DNA of 64,000 nt from an uncultured Verrucomicrobiae bacterium (GTDB taxonomy: Bacteria; Chlamydiota; Chlamydiia; Chlamydiales; Rhabdochlamydiaceae). Of this stretch, positions 28,284 through 35,598 are shown in pieces. Where the stretch lies: positions 480,001 to 544,000 of the forward strand of contig CAWDYW010000001.1 of the NCBI GenBank assembly GCA_963806855.1, read 5' to 3'. Each line of letters begins with the position of its first letter. Position 1 is the stretch's first letter. The notes below the pieces were generated by a model. That model was not told the DNA's origin. It did no database searches and saw only the letters and a program-made list of their open reading frames with translations. The translations under genes and the position numbers were made by a program.

Positions 28284-28374
28284 TATTTTACAAACGAGAG
28301 GATAATCTCATCCGTTTCTAGTCAAAATGAATTTTTTATTTTAAAAAATTCAACTAGCGATTAGAAGAAAAAGT

Positions 28375-28845
28375 ATGCGTTGTCCATTTTGCAATCATGA
28401 AGAATCGAAGGTGACTGATTCGCGTAATGCGGAGCAGACCAACGCCATTCGCCGTCGTCGCGAGTGCCTTCAGTGTTTGCGTCGCTTCACGACTTTCGAA
28501 ACAGTCGATGTGACGATTCAGGTAAAGAAAAGGGATGGGCACTATGAAGATTTTGATCAGGAAAAGCTCTTTAAGGGGCTTGATTTAGCTTGTCTTCACA
28601 CGCGCATTAGTCGACAACAGATCCGAGAAATTGTGTCGAAAATCACTGCAGAACTGATCGAACGTCAGGTGCGGGAAATTGAGGCGACAGAGCTTGGGGA
28701 GATCGCAATGAGACATTTGCGCAACCTCGATACTGTGGCTTATATTCGCTTCGCTTGCGTCTATCGACGATTCAAAGATGTAGATGAACTTAAAATCGCT
28801 TTAGAAAATATTGAGGAGCTGGCAAATGCCGCTGAAGAAGTCTGA
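28375..28845 (+). CDS. nrdR: Transcriptional repressor NrdR
   Basis: MRCPFC..SKV.DSR...IRRRREC..C..RFTTFE, VAYIRFA.VY. Confidence 0.98.
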   Translation: MRCPFCNHEESKVTDSRNAEQTNAIRRRRECLQCLRRFTTFETVDVTIQVKKRDGHYEDFDQEKLFKGLDLACLHTRISRQQIREIVSKITAELIERQVREIEATELGEIAMRHLRNLDTVAYIRFACVYRRFKDVDELKIALENIEELANAAEEV

Positions 28846-29194
28846 AATAGAGATGTTCAAGAAACGACTCGAAAAATTACGTGCAGAAATGACCAAATTG
28901 GTGCAAGAGGTCAGCAAAGAAGTCAAAAGCGACGTTCAATTGGCAGGTTACTCGCAACATCAAGCTGATGCGGGTACAGACGATTTTGACCGCTCTGTCA
29001 GCTTAACGCTTACCGATCAGGAGATTAAAGTGCTCCGCCAAATCGATCGGGCCCTTGAAAAAATTGACGAAGGGACTTATGGTATCTGTGATCTGTCTGG
29101 GGATGAAATCCCTATTAAACGTCTCGAGGCGATTCCCTATGCCACGATGACGGTGGCGGCACAGGAGAAGTTTGAAAAAGGTCAAATCGTCTAA
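28826..29194 (+). CDS. dksA: DksA/TraR family protein
   Basis: HQADAGTD, IDRALEKIDEGTYGICD..I...RLEAIPYA; start at MPLKK. Confidence 0.92.
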   Translation: MPLKKSEIEMFKKRLEKLRAEMTKLVQEVSKEVKSDVQLAGYSQHQADAGTDDFDRSVSLTLTDQEIKVLRQIDRALEKIDEGTYGICDLSGDEIPIKRLEAIPYATMTVAAQEKFEKGQIV

Positions 29195-29678
29195 ATATTT
29201 AGAAATCTCAATTTTTTTCTTAATCCTCCTGCTTGATATTGCCTCCAAGTATTGGGTCGCTCACCATTTGCCGCTGATTCAGCCCTATTTGGGATTCCCA
29301 TTCGGAGGAATCGGCATTCTCGACACGACTCTTCTAAAAGTTTCCATCGTCCACATGACCAACACCGGCACAGCGTGGGGGCTGCTGGGCAATTTTCAAG
29401 TCGCGCTACTCATCCTGCGGATCATCATCACAGGAGGCATCCTCGCCTATCTGTTCTTTTTTCAGCCGGCCAAGTATCTCCGTATTCCTCTCTTCATGAT
29501 CGCCGCAGGAGCCCTCGGCAACATCCTCGACTACTTTGTCTACGGCCATGTGATCGATATGTTCTATTTCATCTTCTACAAATACTCCTATCCAATCTTC
29601 AACATCGCCGACAGCGCCATCTTCTGCGCGATTGCGTATCTGATTTTTTTTGGCAAACGGGCGAAAGATGCGCATTGA
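29172..29678 (+). CDS. lspA: Lipoprotein signal peptidase II
   Basis: NTGTAWG, GALGNILD, GHVIDM, FNIADSAI. Confidence 0.96.
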   Translation: MKKVKSSKYLEISIFFLILLLDIASKYWVAHHLPLIQPYLGFPFGGIGILDTTLLKVSIVHMTNTGTAWGLLGNFQVALLILRIIITGGILAYLFFFQPAKYLRIPLFMIAAGALGNILDYFVYGHVIDMFYFIFYKYSYPIFNIADSAIFCAIAYLIFFGKRAKDAH

Positions 29679-30372
29679 AATTGCGGGATCCTCTCAAGGG
29701 ATGCAAGTCTCCAAATCGCGTAAGCTCCCGATTCTGATCGATGCGGACGAGATGGAAGCGCTCTTTTCGTTCTTGGGCACTTTTGAGATTTTCGATGTGA
29801 GCCGCAAAGTGACAGAGGAGACCGCCGAGATCTCTAAAGCTGATTTCCTAAGCGCTTACGCCACCTATGTGAATGGGATTAAAACCGGACAGCTGGTCGA
29901 CGAGACTCCCTTGCGCCCCTATTTTTCAGCGATTTTCACCCTCACACCCGATGTGCTCTATGCAATTCCGGTCGGACAAGACAATTACTTGATTAAAGCC
30001 AAAAGACCGGTTGTGCAGCTCCAAAGGCACCATTTCATTTATACCGATACGTTTCACTCCGGAATCATCGGCGCTGAGAGTATTACCTGGGGGATCCAAT
30101 TCTCCTACCCGCAGCTATATCTCGATCCGAAAACAAATGCGATTGGAAAGGTGGAAAAGAATCCCCTTTTCCCCAATACTGAGCTTTTCCAGAAGTTGGC
30201 CAAATGGGTACGCGACCACACGAGCGCGACTCCTTTTGTGGCTAAAGGGAAAGTGACGAACCAGCCGATCCGTTTAGGCAAACGCTGTTTCGCCTGGATC
30301 AATAACCATCCAACCTTAAAGGCAAGAAATCTCTATGTCGCCGATCGAAAAAATTCACCATCATCTGATTAA
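29668..30372 (+). CDS. Hypothetical protein in the nrdR operon
   Basis: Long ORF overlapping both neighbours; housekeeping-like composition. Confidence 0.75.
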   Translation: MRIEIAGSSQGMQVSKSRKLPILIDADEMEALFSFLGTFEIFDVSRKVTEETAEISKADFLSAYATYVNGIKTGQLVDETPLRPYFSAIFTLTPDVLYAIPVGQDNYLIKAKRPVVQLQRHHFIYTDTFHSGIIGAESITWGIQFSYPQLYLDPKTNAIGKVEKNPLFPNTELFQKLAKWVRDHTSATPFVAKGKVTNQPIRLGKRCFAWINNHPTLKARNLYVADRKNSPSSD

Positions 30373-30811
30373 AGGGCAAAAAACGCTGGCTCTCGCCGAG
30401 TCGTGCACCGGAGGGCTCCTCTCTTCCAAGTTCACCGCCCTGCCCGACGCCTCCAAATATTTCCTCGGCTCACTGGTCGCCTATTCGAATGCGATGAAAA
30501 AGGATTTTCTCAAAGTCTCTCCCCTCACGATCGGCCAATCTGGCGCAGTGAGCCGCGAAACAGCCGACGAAATGCTGATCGGTCTGATGAAAAATACCGA
30601 GGCCGACTATGGGATCTCCATCACCGGCATCGCAGGACCCGCTGGGGGAACCGCGGAAAAACCGGTCGGCACGGTCTTCATTGCCCTCGGTGCCCGCAGC
30701 AAAAAGCCCCATGTCATCGAGTGCCACTTCAAGGGCGACCGAGCAGCGATCATGCAAGAAGCCTGCGAGCGGGCCATCATGGAATTGCTGCTGATTCTTG
30801 ATTTGAGTTAA
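30335..30811 (+). CDS. CinA C-terminal / NMN deamidase (PncC) family
   Basis: LALAESCTGG, GAVS, ITGIAGP.GG..EKPVGTV. Confidence 0.93.
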   Translation: MSPIEKIHHHLIKGQKTLALAESCTGGLLSSKFTALPDASKYFLGSLVAYSNAMKKDFLKVSPLTIGQSGAVSRETADEMLIGLMKNTEADYGISITGIAGPAGGTAEKPVGTVFIALGARSKKPHVIECHFKGDRAAIMQEACERAIMELLLILDLS

Positions 30812-30829
30812 AATAATATAAATTATGCA

Positions 30830-30858
30830 TTGACAATAAATAATATATTTGATAGAAT
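30830..30858 (+). promoter_or_regulatory. Near-consensus sigma66/70 promoter
   Basis: TTGACA-N17-TAGAAT, then AAGGAG SD before ATG 30890. Confidence 0.7.
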
Positions 30859-30889
30859 TATAACTAATAATAACTATTAAGGAGTTTAC

Positions 30890-31351
30890 ATGTTGTTTTT
30901 TAGCCCATATATGATTGGCACTGGTGGATATATGCTTTATCGCTCATTTCAAGCAGATCACGGCCAAGAATTGGTTCAAGAAAGGGGTAGATTTCGTATT
31001 CCTACGGGGAATTGGGTAAGGCTGGAGGCAACATATTCTAATCAATGGATTTCTAAATACCTGTCACTTAAAAATGCAACAAGATTAGGGGGTTGTGTCA
31101 GAATTTTAACTGGTGTTGGGGTAGGGTTATATGCAGCTATAGCAGAAAGAACCGAACTAGATACTCTCATATTAGAGAGTATTCGAGAGAGTATTCGCGA
31201 CCCCATTGGAACATTGGGCAATTTTACATCTAAAGTAAGCGAAGGTACATCTAAAGTATATCAGCTTTACTTAAAAAGTATTTCAGCAAACCCAGACCCT
31301 AAGTGGTTGAAAAATTTGATCCAATCAAATTTGACTGACGGCTCTCTTTAA
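30890..31351 (+). CDS. Hypothetical protein (AT-rich orphan)
   Basis: Promoter + SD + 153-aa ORF. Confidence 0.65.
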   Translation: MLFFSPYMIGTGGYMLYRSFQADHGQELVQERGRFRIPTGNWVRLEATYSNQWISKYLSLKNATRLGGCVRILTGVGVGLYAAIAERTELDTLILESIRESIRDPIGTLGNFTSKVSEGTSKVYQLYLKSISANPDPKWLKNLIQSNLTDGSL

Positions 31352-31371
31352 AACATTCCAATTCGAATCTG

Positions 31372-31437
31372 TCATGATCGAATCAAATTCTCCAGATCGA
31401 GTAGCGTAATGTGGTATTCGCTCAGGTGCGCGCCCCT
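31372..31437 (-). repeat. Non-coding copy of the 3' end of ORF 32340..33356, including a stop codon
   Basis: 61/64 identity between 31374..31437 and 32342..32405. Confidence 0.92.
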
Positions 31438-31646
31438 CCTGCCATCTTGTTAATGTTTTTCTCTCTGCGTCCCCCGCGCCTCTGCCGCCCGAAGGGCCTC
31501 CACGCTGATGCAATTTAAAGACTGATGTATAAAGGGACTTGTGGGTGGTTTTTGAGGTATAAAAGGGTTTCTTTAAACGCAATATTGCTCGCCATCGCTT
31601 ACGTCCCTCAGATCATGAAAAATGGCAAGAAGTTTGGCGATAGGAT

Positions 31647-31668
31647 CGGGCTCCAATGAAGGAGCCCG
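31647..31668 (-). terminator. Hairpin downstream of ORF 31683..32246
   Basis: CGGGCTCC-AATGAA-GGAGCCCG; no clear U-tract. Confidence 0.4.
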
Positions 31669-31682
31669 GGGTATGCTGAAGA

Positions 31683-32246
31683 TTAGAAGTCGAGATTGGG
31701 GAGAACAAACGCTGTGATTCCCAAGGCGCCCCAAGCGAGGGCGTGAAGTTTATGGCCATTGCGGGCTGCTTGAAACGCTTTGAAGAGACTAGCCGCTCCT
31801 GTGACTGCCCCGATAAGTTGCGGAATGTAACTGCTTGAAATTTGTCTGGGGTCAGGAGTACATATTTCCTTGAGAAAGCGGCCTTCGAATTTTCCTGCAT
31901 AACATTGCTTAATGACTTCTTTTGAACCCGTAACTGTCAAACTTTCGCATGTTAAACCATTTTCTTTCCAGAATTGATGAATTCCTTCCACCCCAGGCTT
32001 TGATTTATGTGTAAAAATGGTTTTGACAACTGCCCCGGGAGAATCGCATATTTCGGGTGTTGTTTTGGTTGTGAAAGGGAGGTTGTAAGACATTGTATAG
32101 GTATTCCAGTGCGGCATCTCTCCTCCTGCAAAGGAATTCTGGGCATGTTTGCAATAGAAATTAATGCGATCTATTGTCTCTGCGGCGTCGCCAGATAAAC
32201 ATTGAGGAAGCAACGAGCACATATTTTTAGATATTGAACTAGGCAT
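31683..32246 (-). CDS. Hypothetical protein with C-terminal hydrophobic hairpin
   Basis: Start MPSSISK after GGAG; two C-terminal hydrophobic segments. Confidence 0.65.
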   Translation of the reverse strand: MPSSISKNMCSLLPQCLSGDAAETIDRINFYCKHAQNSFAGGEMPHWNTYTMSYNLPFTTKTTPEICDSPGAVVKTIFTHKSKPGVEGIHQFWKENGLTCESLTVTGSKEVIKQCYAGKFEGRFLKEICTPDPRQISSSYIPQLIGAVTGAASLFKAFQAARNGHKLHALAWGALGITAFVLPNLDF

Positions 32247-32339
32247 TTTTTTAACTCCAATTTTGTAAATTATAAAAAGTATATCATCGATTATACGGGT
32301 TTTTGAATTTGTTAACAATTAAAAAAAAGACTGACATTT

Positions 32340-33356
32340 TTATGATCGAATCATGTGCTCCAGATCGAGTAGCGTAATGTGGTATTCGCTCAGGTGCGCG
32401 CCCCTTAAGCTGTTGTTGATCAGGTCGGCGCAGAGACGGCGAGTGGTCCCTGGCCAGAGCGAAAAGTCGACCGCACGCTGATCGTTCTCTTGCTGGAGGT
32501 CGTAAATCGACGCTCTCAGGGGGAGGATTCTTGAGAAGAAGCGGAAGATATACGATTTGATCGAAGCGAAGGTGGACTTAGGTTTACCCGATTCTTGTGC
32601 TTCCAATTGCAATCCTTCATCGCAGACCAGAAATTTGACGACATCGGTCTTCACTTTTATCTTGAGCATGCCGATAAAATAGGAATAGTCGAGGCCGACG
32701 AATGTAAAGCGGATGGTGCTACTGGGCCTGGCGTTTGCCACAATGAAGTCGATATAGGAGCTAAACGACTTGTCTCGGTTAGGAGTGTATTGAACTAGCT
32801 GCGAAGCAGAATCGATGTCAACTTTGACCAGGACGTTGAAGTGTTCGTTTTCTTTTCCTCTGATATCGAGTTTGTAGCGATTGGCAAAATCGAAATAGGT
32901 ATTGAGTAGATGGAGAAGTTGCAGTTGCTGCTTTTCAGAAACTGGAGCATTGGGGCGTACCCATGGTTTTAACTGCTGGGCCTCTTCAGCTGACGGCTCG
33001 CGTGGATTGAAGGCGGGGCCAAAGATTTCCTGAATCAGTGGGCAGGTGCAAATGTTGAGGATCGTGAGAGAAATTTTGATGATGACTTCGAGGATGAGGA
33101 AGGGGAAGACGATCGGCAGCATGATCATGAGTAGGATCTGCTGACTCATAATCAAGGGTCCGTGGATTGGCCAAAAAAAGAAATTCAGAGTGAATCCAAA
33201 CAGATCTTCAAAGAAGACTTGTATAGGGGAGGCAGCTTTCAAAGCGGGGCGCTCAAGGCTGGAGATTGAGCTTTGATAGGATGAGGTGGGGCGGAGGTGT
33301 TCTGTGATGGGGGCGATATTTGGGGTTGTTGGGGCGGCTATTTTATCTACTTGCAT
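32340..33356 (-). CDS. Hypothetical Inc-like membrane protein
   Basis: AGGAG SD; Ser/Thr/Pro-rich N-terminus then a long hydrophobic stretch. Confidence 0.7.
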   Translation of the reverse strand: MQVDKIAAPTTPNIAPITEHLRPTSSYQSSISSLERPALKAASPIQVFFEDLFGFTLNFFFWPIHGPLIMSQQILLMIMLPIVFPFLILEVIIKISLTILNICTCPLIQEIFGPAFNPREPSAEEAQQLKPWVRPNAPVSEKQQLQLLHLLNTYFDFANRYKLDIRGKENEHFNVLVKVDIDSASQLVQYTPNRDKSFSSYIDFIVANARPSSTIRFTFVGLDYSYFIGMLKIKVKTDVVKFLVCDEGLQLEAQESGKPKSTFASIKSYIFRFFSRILPLRASIYDLQQENDQRAVDFSLWPGTTRRLCADLINNSLRGAHLSEYHITLLDLEHMIRS

Positions 33357-33604
33357 GAGGATTCTCCTTAGATCAGGCTCAGGAAGGGGGGTGAAATATA
33401 GGTCGTTGTCACTGCCCTCCTATCTTCAAATGAGGAAAGAAGTCTAATAGAGATATGAATTATTTTCTAATAAATTCTTGCACAAGCTAAAACTCTTCTA
33501 AGTTATTAATTCTAATTATATTGCATTTAAAAATTGTCTGCTGTTTTATTTTATCTTATTAATGTGCTAAAATAAATTGTAAATAAAATATATACAGGTT
33601 AATA

Positions 33605-33829
33605 ATGACAGTTTATTTTTCAAGCACTAAAATTACTGATTACTATTTTCCAGCGCCCGGAAAAAGAGATAGGAAAGTCATCGAAGATGGTGAAACAGTC
33701 GATGACGAACGTATTGAGCTGAACAGGGAGCGTTTAATAGATGATCAGAATACATCCCTTCCACCGCCCCCTAAAAAGCCCACCTATCGTCATGAGAAGG
33801 GGCCAGTTCTAGGGAAGTTGTTCGTTTAA
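33605..33829 (+). CDS. Small hypothetical protein (74 aa)
   Basis: AGG upstream of ATG; Pro-rich LPPPPKKP. Confidence 0.45.
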   Translation: MTVYFSSTKITDYYFPAPGKRDRKVIEDGETVDDERIELNRERLIDDQNTSLPPPPKKPTYRHEKGPVLGKLFV

Positions 33830-33840
33830 CTCAGCAGTCT

Positions 33841-33927
33841 TATACCCCGACTCGCCCAAAAGTGTGAATTTGAAACCCGAGGCTTTGGCGCGGTCCAAAT
33901 TCACACTTTTGGGCGAGTCGGGGTATA
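33841..33927. mobile_element. MITE-like element, short (internally deleted) copy
   Basis: 32-bp terminal inverted repeats TATACCCCGACTCGCCCAAAAGTGTGAATTTG; same family as 55412..55578, opposite orientation. Confidence 0.85.
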
Positions 33928-34012
33928 ATTCGCAAAACCTAAGCTGGCGCAGTAGAACCAGATTGATAGGAAGGGTATGCCCTTTTTGTTCAAAAAGAAG
34001 TTGCGCATGGCG

Positions 34013-34060
34013 TATACTGAAATTGATTCAAAAACCGATTTTTGAATCAATTTCGGTATA
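34013..34060. repeat. 48-bp TATAC...GTATA-ended hairpin (second MITE-like type)
   Basis: TATACTGAAATTGATTCAAAAA-CCGA-TTTTTGAATCAATTTCGGTATA, one mismatch. Confidence 0.85.
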
Positions 34061-34084
34061 ACTCAAGTTAGTAAGAGAATAGTT

Positions 34085-35584
34085 GTGTTTAGTTCAGTTC
34101 AATTAACAGTTGCAGGAGCGCCAGAAGCTTCCGGATCAGCTCCTGCTGCGCCAATTTCAGCAGAATTAGAAACTAATAATGGCAGAGTTCAAGAAGTAGC
34201 TGGGAAGCATTTAGATCAATCTGGGACTTCCTCGACCTCACTCGGAAATTTCGCACAGTTGCCAGGCTTTCTCAATATCTATTTGCTATCATTCTTGGAC
34301 CTGGGTGCGCTGATCGCATTTAGTCACACATCTAAATTGGCAAATGAACTAGCCTGGAATTCAATTGCTAAGCGAATCCATTGCCCCATTGACAAGTCTT
34401 CAGATACTCGCAAGCAGGTACTGAATTTTATTGCTCGCATACGAAAAAAAGCTGAGGAAATTAAGAATCGTCCCCAAGAAATCACCCAAATCTTAAAAAA
34501 ACCGATTCCAACTATTGATCAGATTATCACTCTCCGAAATTGGCTCCTAGCAAGAGAGGACATCGAAAATTGGCGAAAGTTAACTGTTAAAATTAAAGGA
34601 GAATTTCCCAGCCTAGAGTTAGAAGAGCCAGTTGAACTTGACAATCTCACTGTTCAAAAGATCATTAAAAAAGGAATACAATATCGTAAATGGCGTATTC
34701 AGAATCTTGAACTACTGAAAGCTAGGGATGCTTTTGTTGTATGGGAAAATTTGGCTGAAACTGCAGATTTACAAGGTCCAAAGTATGCAGATTTGGCAAC
34801 AGCACGCGCTATTATTGATAAGGCTGGAGAACTAGATGGGTGGGTTACTGAAAATCAAACTGTGCTTACACGAATAGAATATCTCGATCTCAGAGGGAAG
34901 GAACTCACCTCGATTCCAAAAGGGCTAGGCAACCTTCCTCAACTTTGTTATCTCAATCTCAATAACAACCAAATCACCTCGGTGCCCATAGAGCTAGGCA
35001 ACCTCTCTCAACTTCACACTCTTTATCTCTCAGATAACCAACTCACCTCGGTTCCCAAAGAGCTAAGCAAGCTCTTTCAACTTCGAATTCTCTATCTCGG
35101 GCACAACCAACTTACCTCGATTCCAAAAGAACTAGGAAATCTCTCTCTACTTCATGCTCTCGATCTGTCAGATAACCAACTTACCTCGGCTCCCCATGAG
35201 CTAGGCAACCTCTCTCAGCTTCTTTGGCTCGATCTCAAGCGAAATCAACTCCCCTCGATTCCCCAAGAGCTAGGCAAACTTTCTCGTCTTAAAAGCCTCA
35301 ATCTCTCTGAAAACCAACTCGCCGAGATTCCCAAAGAGCTGGACTCCCTCTCTCAGATTCATGAGCTCAACCTCTCTGAAAACCAACTCACCGAGATTCC
35401 TGAATTCCCTTCACTGAAGGGAGGCGTAATTCGGATTTTTGGCAATCCTCTCCAGCCCCGTCATGATAGAGAAAGCGCGCAGGTCGAAGATCATAATTCG
35501 GAGTCCAATCTCGGTGCCATCGTAAGGCTAATAGCATTACCTCTCTTTGCACTTTTCCCAGTGGTGTGGGGTCATCGAAATTGA
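34085..35584 (+). CDS. F-box-like + leucine-rich repeat candidate effector
   Basis: LPGFLNIYLLSFLDLGALIAFSHTSK (F-box-like); about eight 23-aa LRRs of pattern L.L..NQLTS.P.ELG.L. Confidence 0.88.
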   Translation: MFSSVQLTVAGAPEASGSAPAAPISAELETNNGRVQEVAGKHLDQSGTSSTSLGNFAQLPGFLNIYLLSFLDLGALIAFSHTSKLANELAWNSIAKRIHCPIDKSSDTRKQVLNFIARIRKKAEEIKNRPQEITQILKKPIPTIDQIITLRNWLLAREDIENWRKLTVKIKGEFPSLELEEPVELDNLTVQKIIKKGIQYRKWRIQNLELLKARDAFVVWENLAETADLQGPKYADLATARAIIDKAGELDGWVTENQTVLTRIEYLDLRGKELTSIPKGLGNLPQLCYLNLNNNQITSVPIELGNLSQLHTLYLSDNQLTSVPKELSKLFQLRILYLGHNQLTSIPKELGNLSLLHALDLSDNQLTSAPHELGNLSQLLWLDLKRNQLPSIPQELGKLSRLKSLNLSENQLAEIPKELDSLSQIHELNLSENQLTEIPEFPSLKGGVIRIFGNPLQPRHDRESAQVEDHNSESNLGAIVRLIALPLFALFPVVWGHRN

Positions 35585-35598
35585 GATATTAAAGGTTA

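Noticed and set aside
33864..34061. Short ORFs 33864..34061 and 55435..55710
   Set aside because: They start inside the MITE-like elements
34880..35400. CRISPR-like periodic repeats
   Set aside because: The 69-bp period is the coding LRR repeat; no array of identical repeats with unique spacers and no cas genes in the window
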